The notes below the pieces were generated by a model that was not told the origin of the DNA, did no database searches, and saw only the letters and a list, made by a program, of their open reading frames with translations. A program made the position numbers and the translations under genes. DNA of 63,399 nt, counting the filler, from Spirochaetales bacterium (GTDB lineage Bacteria > Spirochaetota > Spirochaetia > Treponematales > UBA12059): NCBI GenBank assembly GCA_016928955.1. It is 5 parts of 5 records of this genome, joined end to end, with 100 filler letters (N's around TTAATTAATTAA, not from the genome) between each part and the next. Parts side by side here need not be neighbours in the genome. Positions count along the whole stretch, not along the records: positions 31,497 to 59,209 come from JAFGJV010000057.1; 4 more parts are not named here. One strand, given 5' to 3'. Shown piece after piece: positions 36,242 to 48,302 of this stretch (the first letter of the stretch is position 1; every line of letters starts with the position of its first letter).

Positions 36242-37600
36242 GTGATCGCGAGCAAGAAAATCGAGCGGCAGGCAAAATCCTCGGCCAGGCTGACCGTCAG
36301 CGTGGGCAAAACCGACGTCAGGGCCGCCTATGACGACCTCCTCAAGGATTACGGCAAGACGGTCCGCATAGACGGTTTCCGCCAAGGCAAGGTGCCGGCG
36401 GCTGTGCTCGAGCGCAAGTTCGGGGATGCCCTCAAGACGGAAGCCATGGCGCGTCTGATGGATGCGGCCGTCCAGGATGCCCTGGAAGGGGAGGAACTCG
36501 TTCCCCTGGCCTACGCCCAGCCTTCCCTTGAAGGCGAGCCGTCCTTTGACCTGGACTCGGACTTCAGTTTTTCTGTCACCTACGACGTGTTCCCGGAGGT
36601 CAAGCCAGGCGACGTTAGCGGCGCCGAGGTAGAGGTGCCGGCGGTCAGCGTTTCCAAGGCCGACGAGGAACGCGAGCTGGCGGAAATCCGCGAGCGCAAC
36701 GCCCTGGTCAAGGACAAGGACGAGGGCTCCCGCGCCGCCAAGGGCGACATCGTCACGGTGAACTACGTGGAGCTGGACGACGCCGGCCAGCCGGTCCAGG
36801 GCACCGAGCGCCAGGACTTTGTGTTCGAGATAGGCTCAGGGTACAACCTCTATAAATTTGACGACGACTTTGTGGGCATGAAGAAGGGCGACGAAAAGGT
36901 CGTGGACAAGACCTTCCCCGCCGACTTCGAGTATTCAGAGCTGGCAGGAGCCAGCAGGAAGCTCAAGCTCAGCCTGGTCAAGCTCAAGGAAAAAACGCTC
37001 CCCGAACTGGACGACGACCTGGCCCAGGACGTGTCGGAGAAATTCAAGACCCTGGACGACCTCAAGGCCGACATCCGCGCCAAGCTGGAAAAGCGCCTGG
37101 ACGACAGGCTCAGGTCGATCAAGGAAAAGGGCATCATTGACGCCCTCAGGGAGCGGTCCGAGGTGGACGTGCCAGAGTCCATGGTCCAGGCGGAGCTGGA
37201 CATGCGCATGCGCAACCTCATGCAGAGGATGGGCCTGGACAACGAGGAGCGCCTGGCCCAGATCATAGCCGCCAGCGGCCGCACAGCCCAAAGCATGTAC
37301 GACGAGTGGAGGCCGGACGCGGAGAAGGCCATCAAGACGCGACTGGTGCTGGACAAGATGGTCGCGGACGGCGCCTTTGAGGCCACCGACGCGGACATGG
37401 ACGCCGAGTACGCAAAAATGGCCGCCGAATCCAGCATGGGCGCCGACGACATCAAGGCCGAATACGAGAAACGCGGCATGGTAGACTACCTGCGTGACCG
37501 GATCAAGGAAGACAAGCTCCTTGCCCAACTGGCCGATAAGGTTAAGGTGAAGAAGGGCAAGAAGATGGCCTTCGTGGACTTGTTTAAGGAAAATGAGTAA
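36242..37600 (+). CDS. tig: Trigger factor
   Basis: [10 protein letters not shown] ribosome-binding motif, FKBP-like middle domain; upstream of clpP. Confidence 0.93.
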   Translation: MIASKKIERQAKSSARLTVSVGKTDVRAAYDDLLKDYGKTVRIDGFRQGKVPAAVLERKFGDALKTEAMARLMDAAVQDALEGEELVPLAYAQPSLEGEPSFDLDSDFSFSVTYDVFPEVKPGDVSGAEVEVPAVSVSKADEERELAEIRERNALVKDKDEGSRAAKGDIVTVNYVELDDAGQPVQGTERQDFVFEIGSGYNLYKFDDDFVGMKKGDEKVVDKTFPADFEYSELAGASRKLKLSLVKLKEKTLPELDDDLAQDVSEKFKTLDDLKADIRAKLEKRLDDRLRSIKEKGIIDALRERSEVDVPESMVQAELDMRMRNLMQRMGLDNEERLAQIIAASGRTAQSMYDEWRPDAEKAIKTRLVLDKMVADGAFEATDADMDAEYAKMAAESSMGADDIKAEYEKRGMVDYLRDRIKEDKLLAQLADKVKVKKGKKMAFVDLFKENE

Positions 37601-37620
37601 GTTTGTCCGCGAGGTGCCTA

Positions 37621-38241
37621 ATGAATGAACGCATGATCGTCGGGGTCCCAAACATCATCGAGCAGACTGGCGTCAGCGAGAGGATCTACGACATCTTCTC
37701 CCGCCTGCTCAAGGACCGCATCGTGTTCGTGGATGGCGAGATAAACGACGTGGTTGCCGATATCGTCGTGGCCCAGCTCCTGTTCCTGGAATCCCAGGAT
37801 CCGGAGAAGGACATAGACATGTACGTAAATTCCCCCGGCGGGTCGGTAACGGCCGGTTTGGCCATATACGACACCATGCAGTACATCAAGCCGGACATCA
37901 AGACCATATGCGTGGGACAGGCGTCCAGCATGGGCGCCCTCCTCCTGGCGGGCGGTACAGCCGGGAAGCGCTTTGCCCTGCCGAGCTCGCGCGTGCTCAT
38001 CCACCAGCCCTGGGGCGGCGTGTCGGGCCAGGCGGCGGACATCAGCATACAGGCACGCGAGATCGTGCGCCTCAAAAAGCTGACCGTGGACTACTTTGCC
38101 ATGCACACGGGCAAATCCGTGGAAGACGTGGCCAAGGACATGGAGCGCGACCTGTTCATGTCGGCCGAGGAAGCCAAAGCCTACGGCCTGGTGGACAAGG
38201 TGCTGGAACGGAGGAAGCATGGCCCGCACCCGGCAAACTAG
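37621..38241 (+). CDS. clpP: ATP-dependent Clp protease proteolytic subunit
   Basis: [29 protein letters not shown]. Confidence 0.96.
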   Translation: MNERMIVGVPNIIEQTGVSERIYDIFSRLLKDRIVFVDGEINDVVADIVVAQLLFLESQDPEKDIDMYVNSPGGSVTAGLAIYDTMQYIKPDIKTICVGQASSMGALLLAGGTAGKRFALPSSRVLIHQPWGGVSGQAADISIQAREIVRLKKLTVDYFAMHTGKSVEDVAKDMERDLFMSAEEAKAYGLVDKVLERRKHGPHPAN

Positions 38242-39472
38242 GGAAGGCGAATCTGGGCACGAGTGTTCGTTCTGCGGAAAGAGCGCCGAATACGCCAAGC
38301 GACTGATCGCCGGTCCCGGCGTGTACATATGCGACGAATGCGTCCAGGTGTGCAACCGCATCCTGTCGGAGGACGAGCAGGCGGCCGTGGGCGACTTTTC
38401 CGTTGACGTGCCCAAGCCCAAGGACATCAAAGACTACCTGGACCAGTACGTGATCGGCCAGGAGCACGCCAAGCGCGTGCTGTCCGTGGCCGTGTACAAC
38501 CACTACAAGCGCATCGTCAACCAAAAGAAGCTGTCGTCCGGCGTCGAGCTCGAGAAGTCCAATGTCCTCCTGATGGGCCCAACGGGCACGGGCAAGACCC
38601 TCCTTGCGCGCACCCTGGCGAGAAAGCTCAACGTGCCCTTTGCCATAGCCGACGCCACCACCCTGACGGAGGCCGGCTACGTTGGCGAGGATGTTGAGAA
38701 CATCCTGCTCAAGCTCATCCAGGCCGCCGGTGGCAACGTCAACGCGGCTGAAAAGGGCATCGTCTACATCGACGAAATAGACAAGATAGCGCGCAAGACC
38801 CAGAACGTTTCCATAACGCGCGACGTGTCCGGCGAGGGCGTCCAGCAGGCCCTGCTCAAGATCATAGAGGGCACGGTGGCCAACGTGCCGCCCAGCGGTG
38901 GGCGAAAGCATCCCCAGCAGGAATACATCCGCATAGACACCACCAACATACTCTTCATCTGCGGCGGGGCCTTTGTTGGCCTGGAGAAGGCCATAGAGGA
39001 CCGTACCGCCAAGACGCCGCTGGGCTTCGGCGCGGACGTTCGTTCCCGCGGCCAGCTCAACCTGCGCGAGGTCTTCGACAACCTGCACCCGGACGACCTG
39101 GTCAAGTATGGCATGATACCTGAGTTCATCGGGCGCCTGCCCATACAGGTGGCGCTGGAGGACCTTAGCGCGGATGAGCTCAAGCGCGTGGTATCCGAGC
39201 CCAAGAACTCCATCCTCAAGCAGTACCAGGAAAGCTTCAAGCTGGACGGCGCAGAGCTTGAGTTCACTGACGACGCCGTAACAGCCATCGCCAAGGAAGC
39301 CATAGCCCGCCATACCGGCGCCCGCGGCCTGCGTTCCATCGTGGAAGCCCTGCTCATGGACATCATGTACGACCTGCCGAACAGCAGCTCCAAGCAGAAG
39401 GTCTTGGTGACGCGGGACACGGTGGAGAAAAAATCACCGCCCGAAATCGAGGAACTCAAGAAGAGCGCATGA
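38219..39472 (+). CDS. clpX: ATP-dependent Clp protease ATPase ClpX
   Basis: CSFCGK...ICDEC zinc domain, [29 protein letters not shown] loop. Confidence 0.96.
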   Translation: MARTRQTREGESGHECSFCGKSAEYAKRLIAGPGVYICDECVQVCNRILSEDEQAAVGDFSVDVPKPKDIKDYLDQYVIGQEHAKRVLSVAVYNHYKRIVNQKKLSSGVELEKSNVLLMGPTGTGKTLLARTLARKLNVPFAIADATTLTEAGYVGEDVENILLKLIQAAGGNVNAAEKGIVYIDEIDKIARKTQNVSITRDVSGEGVQQALLKIIEGTVANVPPSGGRKHPQQEYIRIDTTNILFICGGAFVGLEKAIEDRTAKTPLGFGADVRSRGQLNLREVFDNLHPDDLVKYGMIPEFIGRLPIQVALEDLSADELKRVVSEPKNSILKQYQESFKLDGAELEFTDDAVTAIAKEAIARHTGARGLRSIVEALLMDIMYDLPNSSSKQKVLVTRDTVEKKSPPEIEELKKSA

Positions 39473-41922
39473 GCATCCTCGATTCCCTGCGGCCCCGCGG
39501 CGACGCCGTGGAGTTGCCCCTGGTATACGTCCGGGAAACCGTGGTGTTTCCCGGCGCCCTGTCTCCGGTCCTGGCGGCCACCAACTTCTGCGCCACTGCG
39601 GCGGACATCGCCCTTAAGGGAGACAAGCTGGTCTTTGTGTCCCTGCTCAAGGCCATTCCCGCGGACGGCGCCAACGACATAGACGTGCACCCCGTTGGGA
39701 CCGTGTCCCACATCATCCAGGCCGTGCGCCTGGCCGACGGGTCCCTGAGGCTCCTGCTCGAGGGCCGTGAGCGCGTCAAGCTCAGGCGCAGCGTTTTCCG
39801 GAAGGACCACCTGGGCGCCATCGTCGAGCCGTTGCCGTCCGTATGGGCCGGCGGCGCGGACGAGCGCGAGACCCAGGCCCTGGTCCAGGTGATCAAGCGG
39901 GATTTCCTGAGCTACGCGGAGCTGGTCAAGAAAGTGCCTGCCGAAACCCTGCAGGCCATACAGCGGGCTGAATCCCTGGACAGGCTGTGCGACCTGGTCG
40001 GCAGCGCGGTGAACCTCAAACCCGAGCGCAAGCAGGAACTTCTGGCCATTGAAGACGGCAAGGCGAGGCTTGAGGCCACGGCAGCAGCCCTGGCCCAGGA
40101 AACCGAACTTCTGTCCATGCAGAAGCGCATATCCCAAAAGGTCCGCTCGCGCATGGAGCGTAGCCAGAAAGAATACTTTCTCCAGGAACAGCTCAAGGAA
40201 ATCAACCGCGAGCTCGGCAAGGAGCCCGACCAGAACGAGAACGCCGAACTGGAAAAACGGCTTGAAGCCAAGGGGCCGCCGGCGGAGGTGATGGACAAGG
40301 CCCGCAGGGAGCTGGCCAAGCTCGCCAAGCTGCAGGCCATGTCGCCGGAAGCCGGCGTCATCCGAGCATACTGCGAGTGGCTGGCCGATCTTCCATGGAG
40401 GCCAAAACCAGCCGACCACCTGCCCTTGGACAAAGCCAGGGACATCCTGGACGAGGATCACTACGGCATGAAAAAAGCCAAGGAGCGCATCCTTGAGTTC
40501 ATAGCCGTGCGGCGCCTCAACTCGTCTCTCAAGGGGCCCATACTCTGCCTGGTAGGTCCTCCGGGCACCGGCAAGACCAGCCTTGGCAGGTCCATAGCCC
40601 GGGCCCTGGACAGGGACTTTGTGCGGGTAAGCCTGGGCGGCGTGCGCGACGAGGCGGAGATCCGCGGACACCGCAAGACCTACGTGGGCGCCCTGCCGGG
40701 CAAGATCCTCCAGAGCATGCGCAAGGCCGGCTCGTCAAACCCGGTGTTCCTCCTCGACGAAATAGACAAGATGTCCAGCGACTTCCGTGGCGACCCGGCC
40801 AGCGCCCTGCTTGAGGTGCTGGACCCTGAACAGAACGTTGCCTTTGTGGACCACTACCTGGAAGTGCCCTACGACCTGTCGTCCGTCGTGTTCGTCACCA
40901 CAGCAAACAGCCTCCACGGCATTCCGTATCCCCTCCTGGACAGGATGGAGACCATAGAGATACCCGGCTACTCCGAGTACGAGAAACTGGAAATAGCCCG
41001 GCATTTCATCGTGCCGAGGCAGTTGTCAGAGAACGGCCTTGCCGGGTCGGGAGTGAGGGTCAGGGACGACGCGATCCTTGAGGTCATACGCCACTACACC
41101 ATGGAATCAGGGGTCCGCAACCTGGAGCGGGAGATAGCCCGCATCATGCGCAAAACCGCTGAGAAGGCCGTTGCGGATGGCCGCGCCGACGATCCTCCGG
41201 GACAGGATACCGGCATAGCGGCCTTCAAGCGGATCATACGCGCGGATTCGGTGCCTAAGCTCCTCGGAAAACGCAAACACGAGCTGGATCTCGTCTTTTC
41301 CGATCCCGGCCCCGGCCTGGCCTGCGGGCTGGCGTGGACGGAACTCGGCGGCACGGTGCTTCCCGTGGAGGCATCCGTGTTCGAGGGCGAGGGCGAGCTC
41401 ATCCTGACCGGCAACCTTGGCGACGTCATGAAGGAGAGCGCCCGGGCGGCGCTTACCTACATAAGATCGCACGCATCGGATTTTGGGCTGGTTCCAAAGG
41501 ATTTTTCAGGCAGGACCCTGCATGTCCACGTCCCTGAGGGAGCCATCCCCAAGGACGGTCCGTCCGCGGGTATCACCCTGGCGGCGGCCATCCTGTCCGT
41601 GCTGACCGGCTCGCCCCTGAGTCCGGGCTGGGCCATGACCGGAGAGATCACCCTGACGGGGCGGCTCCTGGCCATAGGCGGCGTCAAGGAAAAGGTACTG
41701 GCTGCCCACAGGAACAAGCTGGCCAAGGTGTTGTTGCCAGAGGCCAACCGCAAGGACCTGGACGACGTTCCGCCTGAAGTAGCCAGGGACATAGAATTCC
41801 GCTTCTCGGCATCGGTGGCCGACGCTCTGGCCGTGCTCATGCCCGAGCGGAAGCTCCCTGCCAAGCGGCCCGTCCGCGCCAAGGCTCCCTCGCAGTCGGC
41901 AAAAAGCGGAAGCGGGGCGTAG
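39469..41922 (+). CDS. lon: Lon protease
   Basis: [22 protein letters not shown] catalytic Ser, IGGVKEK. Confidence 0.96.
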   Translation: MSILDSLRPRGDAVELPLVYVRETVVFPGALSPVLAATNFCATAADIALKGDKLVFVSLLKAIPADGANDIDVHPVGTVSHIIQAVRLADGSLRLLLEGRERVKLRRSVFRKDHLGAIVEPLPSVWAGGADERETQALVQVIKRDFLSYAELVKKVPAETLQAIQRAESLDRLCDLVGSAVNLKPERKQELLAIEDGKARLEATAAALAQETELLSMQKRISQKVRSRMERSQKEYFLQEQLKEINRELGKEPDQNENAELEKRLEAKGPPAEVMDKARRELAKLAKLQAMSPEAGVIRAYCEWLADLPWRPKPADHLPLDKARDILDEDHYGMKKAKERILEFIAVRRLNSSLKGPILCLVGPPGTGKTSLGRSIARALDRDFVRVSLGGVRDEAEIRGHRKTYVGALPGKILQSMRKAGSSNPVFLLDEIDKMSSDFRGDPASALLEVLDPEQNVAFVDHYLEVPYDLSSVVFVTTANSLHGIPYPLLDRMETIEIPGYSEYEKLEIARHFIVPRQLSENGLAGSGVRVRDDAILEVIRHYTMESGVRNLEREIARIMRKTAEKAVADGRADDPPGQDTGIAAFKRIIRADSVPKLLGKRKHELDLVFSDPGPGLACGLAWTELGGTVLPVEASVFEGEGELILTGNLGDVMKESARAALTYIRSHASDFGLVPKDFSGRTLHVHVPEGAIPKDGPSAGITLAAAILSVLTGSPLSPGWAMTGEITLTGRLLAIGGVKEKVLAAHRNKLAKVLLPEANRKDLDDVPPEVARDIEFRFSASVADALAVLMPERKLPAKRPVRAKAPSQSAKSGSGA

Positions 41923-41924
41923 GC

Positions 41925-42260
41925 GTGAGGTCGGGGGCCGTCGCGCGGGGCCTGTGCTCCCGTCTGTCCGTGGCCACGCTGTGCTTTGCCGCATTCGCCT
42001 TGCTGGCCTACGCGGCCGCGGACATGCGCGCCTTCACCGATCCGTCGCTCCTTGCCTATCTGCTGGCCGCCGCCGCAGGAGCCTGGGCATCGCTGGGTGC
42101 GTCGCTTGCGGCAGTGGTTTTGGACATCCTGGCGCCCGGGCCGGGAGGGCGGGTATCGGCTCGCGCCCTGGCGTGGTCGTTGGCCAGCGCCGGCCTTGCC
42201 GCCATGGCCATAGTGGCAACGTCCCTCGTGCGGGCGGCCGCGCGGGGCTTGTCGTTCTGA
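41925..42260 (+). CDS. Hypothetical small membrane protein
   Basis: Three hydrophobic segments; starts 2 nt after the lon stop. Confidence 0.55.
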   Translation: MRSGAVARGLCSRLSVATLCFAAFALLAYAAADMRAFTDPSLLAYLLAAAAGAWASLGASLAAVVLDILAPGPGGRVSARALAWSLASAGLAAMAIVATSLVRAAARGLSF

Positions 42261-42411
42261 CGGGATCCACCCGTACGCGGCACGGCCACGCGGACATGCC
42301 CCGAGCGGCGAACCGCGTTCGCTTGCCCTTGGAAGGTCCGGACGGGTATACTCGCGCCGGGGACATGGCGCCGCGTCAACGCGGCGGCGTTCCCACATAA
42401 GGAGTAGCCCG

Positions 42412-43893
42412 ATGGATGTACGTGTTCGATACGCTCCGTCGCCGACCGGACTTCAGCACATAGGCAGTGTACGGACGGCCCTGTTCAACTATCTTTTTGC
42501 GCGCTCCATGGGCGGGAAATTCATCCTGCGCCTTGAGGACACCGACCGCTCGCGCTATTCGGACGCGTACGTCCAGAACCTGTACGACACCTTTTCATGG
42601 CTGGGTTTCTACTGGGACGAGGGTCCAGACGTGGGAGGACCCGCCGGCCCCTACATCCAGTCTGAGCGTTTCGGGCTGTACCGCGAGCACGCCCAGCGGC
42701 TCGTGGACATGGGCAAGGCGTACTACTGCTTCTGCACCGACAAGCGCCAGGCTGAAACCGCCAGGACGGAAGGCGACGAAGCGACCGACGCGCAGGCGTC
42801 GTCCGGCTTTGGCTACAACCGGGCGTGCAGGAACCTGGATCCGGTGGATGCCAAGCGCCGCGCAGCCTCAGGCGAGCCCCATGTCATCCGCCTCAAGATA
42901 CCCCTGGACGGAACCACCAGCTTCCACGACCTCCTCCTGGGCGACATCGAGTGGAAAAACGCCGACGTCAACCCTGATCCCGTCCTGCTCAAGAGCGACG
43001 GTTTCCCGACCTACCACCTGGCCAACGTGGTTGACGACCACCTCATGGGCATAACCCACGTGATGCGCGCGCAGGAGTGGATACCTTCTGCGCCCTTGCA
43101 CATGATCATGTACGAAGCCTTTGGCTGGACTCCGCCGGCCCTGTGCCATTTGCCCATGGTGCTTGGCCAGGACGGTCACAAATTGTCCAAGCGACACGGG
43201 TCGACCGCGGTGGACGAATTCCGGACCAAGGGTTACCTCAAGGAAGCCCTGATCAATTATGTGGCCATGCTCGGCTGCTCCTACGAGGACGGCCGGGACC
43301 TGTACTCCCTTGAAGACCTGGCCAGGCTGTTCAGGATAGAGCACGTCAACAAGGCGCCCGCCGTGTTCGACTACGTCAAGCTGGAATGGTTCAACGGCCA
43401 GTACATACGCGCCAAGGCCGACGACGAGCTTTCCGCCCTGGTCACGCCCTACCTTGCGTCGGCGGGCCTGGTATCGGCACAGCCTACGGACTCAGAGAGG
43501 GCCGTCATCATGGGAGCCATGCCTCTGGTGCGCGAGCGCCTCAAGTACCTGTCGGACGCGCCCGAGTCGCTCCGCTTCCTTTTCCGCGAGCCGGCTGTGC
43601 CACCGGCGGAGGACATGATACCCAAGAAACTTGACGCCGCCCGTGCCCGGGAGGCGCTCGCCGCGGGCAGGGAGCTGCTTGTGGCCGCAGGCAGCCTGGA
43701 GCATGACGCGCTGGAAGCCGCGTTCAGGGCCAAGGCAGAGTCCATGGGCCTCAAACTCGGCGACATACTCATGCCCCTGCGCATGGCCGTAACAGGCACC
43801 AAGGTCAGCCCGCCCTTGTTCGAAAGCATCAAGCTCGTAGGTCTTGAAACTGCTCTTCCCCGCATAGACAAGGCCCTGGAGGTACTCCGATGA
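42412..43893 (+). CDS. gltX: Glutamate-tRNA ligase
   Basis: RYAPSPTGLQHIG, LRLEDTD, PTYHLANVVDD, KLSKR; AAGGAG SD. Confidence 0.95.
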   Translation: MDVRVRYAPSPTGLQHIGSVRTALFNYLFARSMGGKFILRLEDTDRSRYSDAYVQNLYDTFSWLGFYWDEGPDVGGPAGPYIQSERFGLYREHAQRLVDMGKAYYCFCTDKRQAETARTEGDEATDAQASSGFGYNRACRNLDPVDAKRRAASGEPHVIRLKIPLDGTTSFHDLLLGDIEWKNADVNPDPVLLKSDGFPTYHLANVVDDHLMGITHVMRAQEWIPSAPLHMIMYEAFGWTPPALCHLPMVLGQDGHKLSKRHGSTAVDEFRTKGYLKEALINYVAMLGCSYEDGRDLYSLEDLARLFRIEHVNKAPAVFDYVKLEWFNGQYIRAKADDELSALVTPYLASAGLVSAQPTDSERAVIMGAMPLVRERLKYLSDAPESLRFLFREPAVPPAEDMIPKKLDAARAREALAAGRELLVAAGSLEHDALEAAFRAKAESMGLKLGDILMPLRMAVTGTKVSPPLFESIKLVGLETALPRIDKALEVLR

Positions 43894-44831
43894 TCGCGCA
43901 GTCTGCCATCCGTTCAATCAAAGCCTTTACCGGCACGGCCCTGCTGGCCTTGGCCGGCTTTCTGGCCGGTTCCTGCGCCCAGCTGCCCTCCGGCGCGCCC
44001 GGCAGCAAAGAGCCGCGCATGTTCTGGACGCTCACGGCGCCCGACGGCGGCACGCTTTACGTTCAGGGCACCATACACGTTGGCGGCGACGAGCTGTATC
44101 CCATCGATCCCGAGGTGCTGGACGCTTTGAAGAGCGCGGACCTGGTGCTGGCCGAGCTGTCCAGCGGGGAGATGGAGCGCAGCCAGTCCCTGGTGCTTGA
44201 GCGCATGGCCAACGGCATCCTGGACAAGGGCGCAACGCTGTACGACTACCTGTCGCCCGAGGAAAGCGCCTTTCTGGAAGGCGTCATGACGGCAGACCTG
44301 TTCAAGCGGCTGGCTCCGTTCCAGCCCTGGGTGGCGTACAGCGCCTTGGACGCCATCATGGCGGGCAAAAGCGGACTGGATCCGGCCAAGGGTCTGGATA
44401 TGGAGTTGTATTCTGCCGCCTCGGAGCTGGGCAAGCCTGTTGTCGGGCTGGAAAGCGCCGCCGCCCAGCTGGACGTGCTCACGGGCCCGCCCTTGTCCAC
44501 GCAGCTCCTGGTGCTCAAGGACGCGATACGAGAATACCGGGCCTATCCCGATGCCCTGAAGGCCCTGTACGACGCGTTTGTGCGCGACGACCGCAAGGGT
44601 ATGGGTCGGGAGGTGTCGGCGTCCTTGACGAGAACGGAAACCTTCTCGGACGAGCTTGCTGACTTCAACCATTCACTGTTGGGCCAGCGCAACGTGGCCT
44701 GGGCCGAGCGCATCGTCGCCGTGTCCAAGGGCAAGAAGGCCGTATTCCTGTTCGCCGGCGCCGCGCATTTCGTGGGAGACGGCAACGTCCTGGACCTGCT
44801 GGCCGACCGAGGATACAAAACAGCCCGCTAA
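43890..44831 (+). CDS. TraB/GumN family lipoprotein
   Basis: GTIHV, GLE, RNVAW and GAAHF motifs; lipobox LAGSC. Confidence 0.85.
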   Translation: MIAQSAIRSIKAFTGTALLALAGFLAGSCAQLPSGAPGSKEPRMFWTLTAPDGGTLYVQGTIHVGGDELYPIDPEVLDALKSADLVLAELSSGEMERSQSLVLERMANGILDKGATLYDYLSPEESAFLEGVMTADLFKRLAPFQPWVAYSALDAIMAGKSGLDPAKGLDMELYSAASELGKPVVGLESAAAQLDVLTGPPLSTQLLVLKDAIREYRAYPDALKALYDAFVRDDRKGMGREVSASLTRTETFSDELADFNHSLLGQRNVAWAERIVAVSKGKKAVFLFAGAAHFVGDGNVLDLLADRGYKTAR

Positions 44832-44914
44832 GCGCGCGCGTCCTTGACTCCGCGCGCCGCCGCGTTGCATAGTCGTCCTTGCCGCGCCCCTGAAGCGCGG
44901 TAAGGAGCAAACCA

Positions 44915-46636
44915 ATGAGCGATTCCCTCCCCGCGGGCGCCCCCGCATCGGATTTCATCCGAGAAGCCGTGAAGGCGGACCTGGCGTCAGGCCGATTCTC
45001 GTCAGTGCGCACGCGTTTTCCGCCCGAACCCAACGGATGGCTCCACATAGGCCATACCAAGGCCTTTACCATAGACTTTGGGGTGGCACAGGACTTTGGC
45101 GGCGTGTGCAACCTGCGCTTTGACGACACCAACCCAGAGAAGGAAGACCAGTCCTACGTTGACGCCATAAAGCGCGACATACGCTGGCTTGGCTTTGAGT
45201 GGGGCCAGAACGAATTCTACGCATCGGACTACTACGAGTACCTGTACGACCTGGCCGTCAAGCTCATACGCAAGGGCAAGGCATACGTGGACGACCTGTC
45301 GGACGAGGAGACGCGCGAGTACCGCGGCACGGCCGTGCCCGACAAGAACAATATCACCCACACGCCGCCCGGAAGGAACAGCCCCTGGCGGGAACGGTCC
45401 GTGGAAGAGAACCTGGACCTGTTCGCGCGCATGCGAGCCGGCGAGTTCGCGGACGGGGCCAAGACCCTGCGCGCCAAGATAGACATGGCCCATCCCAACC
45501 TGGTCATGCGCGACCCGGTCATGTACCGCATACGCCGCGAGCCGCATTACCGCACCGGCGACGCCTGGTGCATCTATCCCATGTACGACTTCCAGCACCC
45601 CCTGTCGGACGCCAAGGAAGGCATTACCCACTCGCTGTGCTCGCTCGAGTACGAAATCCACCGCCCCCTGTACGACTGGTTCATCCGCGAGTGCGATGTG
45701 TTTCCCTCTCGCCAGATCGAGTTCGCCAGGCTCAACATCACCCATACGGTCCTGTCCAAGCGCTGGCTTTTACGGCTCGTCAAGGACAAGGTGGTCAGGG
45801 GCTGGGACGACCCGCGCATGCCAACCCTGGCAGGCTTGCGGAGGCGCGGCTACACGCCCGAGGCCGTGCGGGACTTCCTGTCGCGCATCGGCATAGCCAA
45901 GACTGACAGCATGGTGGACGTCCAGTTATTGGAGCACTGCCTCAGGGAGGACCTCAACCGCAGGGCTCCGCGCGTCATGGCCGTGCTCAGGCCCCTTCCG
46001 CTGATACTAGAAAACTGGCCCGAAGGGCAGGTGGACTGGCTGGACGCCGTCAACAACCCAGAGGACCCGGGCGCCGGTACGCGGAAAATTCCCTTCTCCG
46101 GGCGCCTGCTTATCGAACGGGACGATTTTATGGAAACCCCGCCGCCCAAGTATTTCCGCCTGTACCCCGGCAACTCAGTGCGCCTGCGCTACGGCTTCAT
46201 CGTCACCTGCACCGGCTTTGACAAGGATCCGGCTACCGGCCAGGTGACCGCCGTGCGCTGTACATACAACCCGGACACCCGGGGAGGGAACGCCCCGGAC
46301 AACAGCAAGGTCCGAGGCACCATACACTGGCTGTCAGAGGCCCATGCCGTGCCCATCGAGGCCCGCCTGTACGAGCGGCTCTTCCCGTCGGAGCGGCCCA
46401 TGGACGTGCCGCCCGGCGTGGACTGGATCAGCACCGTGGATCCCAAATCGGAGGAGATAGTCCCTGGCGCCATGGGCGAACCCGCGTTGGCCGGCGTCAA
46501 GCCGGGGGATTTCTACCAGTTCGAGCGCCTGGGCTATTTCTGCTGCGACCCTGACGGCGCAGGCGGCAAGCCCGTGTTCAACCGCTCCGTGTCGCTCAAG
46601 GACAGCTGGGCCAAGATAGAGAAGAAAAACGCCTGA
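44915..46636 (+). CDS. glnS: Glutamine-tRNA ligase
   Basis: TRFPPEPNGWLHIGH, FDDTNP, YPMYDF, VLSKR, FERLGYF. Confidence 0.95.
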   Translation: MSDSLPAGAPASDFIREAVKADLASGRFSSVRTRFPPEPNGWLHIGHTKAFTIDFGVAQDFGGVCNLRFDDTNPEKEDQSYVDAIKRDIRWLGFEWGQNEFYASDYYEYLYDLAVKLIRKGKAYVDDLSDEETREYRGTAVPDKNNITHTPPGRNSPWRERSVEENLDLFARMRAGEFADGAKTLRAKIDMAHPNLVMRDPVMYRIRREPHYRTGDAWCIYPMYDFQHPLSDAKEGITHSLCSLEYEIHRPLYDWFIRECDVFPSRQIEFARLNITHTVLSKRWLLRLVKDKVVRGWDDPRMPTLAGLRRRGYTPEAVRDFLSRIGIAKTDSMVDVQLLEHCLREDLNRRAPRVMAVLRPLPLILENWPEGQVDWLDAVNNPEDPGAGTRKIPFSGRLLIERDDFMETPPPKYFRLYPGNSVRLRYGFIVTCTGFDKDPATGQVTAVRCTYNPDTRGGNAPDNSKVRGTIHWLSEAHAVPIEARLYERLFPSERPMDVPPGVDWISTVDPKSEEIVPGAMGEPALAGVKPGDFYQFERLGYFCCDPDGAGGKPVFNRSVSLKDSWAKIEKKNA

Positions 46637-46701
46637 GCTCAGGCGGCGGGGCACGCTTGTCCCGCCGCCACCGACTGGAAAGAAAGGAAAGCTATCGGAC
46701 C

Positions 46702-47169
46702 ATGGTGGAGGAACGACGGGCCGGCGCGTACGAGCGCATATACGCCCAACTGGAACCGCTCATACGCGACAAAAGCCCCAACCTGACAGCCGGTATGGCC
46801 ACGATCAACGCCGTGCTCCACGCAAAGCTCAGGCACCATTTCTGGACAGGCTTTTATTATGTGGCATCGGATGACGAGCTCCATGTGGGTCCGTACCAGG
46901 GAGCCGTGGCCTGCCAGGTGCTCAAGGGCAGGGGCGTGTGCCTGGCTGCGGTGCAGAAACGAGCGCCCGTGGTGGTGCAGGACGTGGACGCCTTTCCCGG
47001 CCACATAGCCTGCGATTCGCGGTCCAAGAGCGAAATAGTGATACCCCTCATCAAGGACGGCCGCGTGCTTGCCGTGCTGGACATAGATTCGGACAAGCCC
47101 GCCCAGTTTGACCACGACGATATAGCTCCCCTGTCGCGCATCGTCGCCTTACTGGAGCCCTTGGCATGA
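46702..47169 (+). CDS. GAF-domain protein, free methionine-R-sulfoxide reductase (MsrC-like)
   Basis: WTGFY, GPYQGAVAC, GVC, FPGHIACD, SEIVIP, VLDIDS. Confidence 0.85.
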   Translation: MVEERRAGAYERIYAQLEPLIRDKSPNLTAGMATINAVLHAKLRHHFWTGFYYVASDDELHVGPYQGAVACQVLKGRGVCLAAVQKRAPVVVQDVDAFPGHIACDSRSKSEIVIPLIKDGRVLAVLDIDSDKPAQFDHDDIAPLSRIVALLEPLA

Positions 47170-47218
47170 CAACCGGGCGCACCGAGCGCCTTCATACCCC
47201 GCACCGCAAGGAACAACC

Positions 47219-48265
47219 ATGAACGCGCCCGATGCACGCTTTGTCGACCACGCCGTCAACCTGACCATGACGCTGTGCGGAATCCCCAGCCCCACCGGCT
47301 TCACCCGGCAGGCCGAGGAGTTTGTGCACAACGAGCTTACCTCCCTCGGTTACGCGCCCGAGTACACGGTCAAGCGTTCCGTCCGCGTCAAGCTCGGCGG
47401 CACCGGGTCGCCCCTGGTGCTGGCCGCCCATGTGGACACCTTGGGCGCGGTGGTGAGGGCCGTTAAGGGCAACGGCTGCCTACGCGTGAGCAAGGTAGGA
47501 GGCTTTCCCGAGACGACCATTGAGGGAGAGAACTGCGTGGTACACACGCGTGACGGCAGGCGCTTTACCGGACGCTTCCTCCTGGACAAGCCGGCCGTGC
47601 ACGTGAACAACGAGCTTGGCTCGACAAAGCGCGACGACAGCAACATAGAGATCGTGCTGGACGAGTTAGTGTCCAAGGCCGAGGATACCAAGGCCCTGGG
47701 CATAGGGCCCGGCGACTTTGTGTCGTTTGAGCCGCGCACCGTGCTGACCGAGAAGGGTTTCATAAAGAGCCGCCATCTGGACGACAAGGCTAGCTCGGGC
47801 GTGCTCCTGGCCCTTGCCAGGATGGTCAAAGAAACCGGGATGACCCTTGCGCGGGAAACCTGGCTGTTGTTCACCAATTACGAGGAGGTTGGGCACGGCG
47901 GCAGCGCTGGCATACCCCCGGGCGCCGTGGAGTTCATATCGGTGGACATGGGAGCCGTGGGCGACGACCTGTCCACCGACGACCGCAGCGTATCCATATG
48001 CGCCAAGGATTCCGGCGGCCCCTATGACTTTGACCTTACCAATACCCTCATACAGCTTGCCAGGGACCTGGACCTGCGCTACGCCGTGGACATTTATCCC
48101 TTCTACGGTTCCGACGCCGGCGCGGCCCTGCGCGCTGGGCACGACCTCAGGCATGCCCTGGTAGGCCCCGGCGTGCAGGCGTCCCACGGGTACGAGCGTA
48201 CGCACAGGGATGCCCTTGCGGGCACCCTGGCGCTGGTAGCCGCGTACGTAGCTCGACCCGTGTGA
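47219..48265 (+). CDS. M42 family metallopeptidase
   Basis: AAHVDTLG, SRHLDDK, YEEVG and SHGYER motifs. Confidence 0.9.
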   Translation: MNAPDARFVDHAVNLTMTLCGIPSPTGFTRQAEEFVHNELTSLGYAPEYTVKRSVRVKLGGTGSPLVLAAHVDTLGAVVRAVKGNGCLRVSKVGGFPETTIEGENCVVHTRDGRRFTGRFLLDKPAVHVNNELGSTKRDDSNIEIVLDELVSKAEDTKALGIGPGDFVSFEPRTVLTEKGFIKSRHLDDKASSGVLLALARMVKETGMTLARETWLLFTNYEEVGHGGSAGIPPGAVEFISVDMGAVGDDLSTDDRSVSICAKDSGGPYDFDLTNTLIQLARDLDLRYAVDIYPFYGSDAGAALRAGHDLRHALVGPGVQASHGYERTHRDALAGTLALVAAYVARPV

Positions 48266-48302
48266 CGGGCGTGCCAGGGTCCAGCACGCCCGTGGACCCC
48301 CG

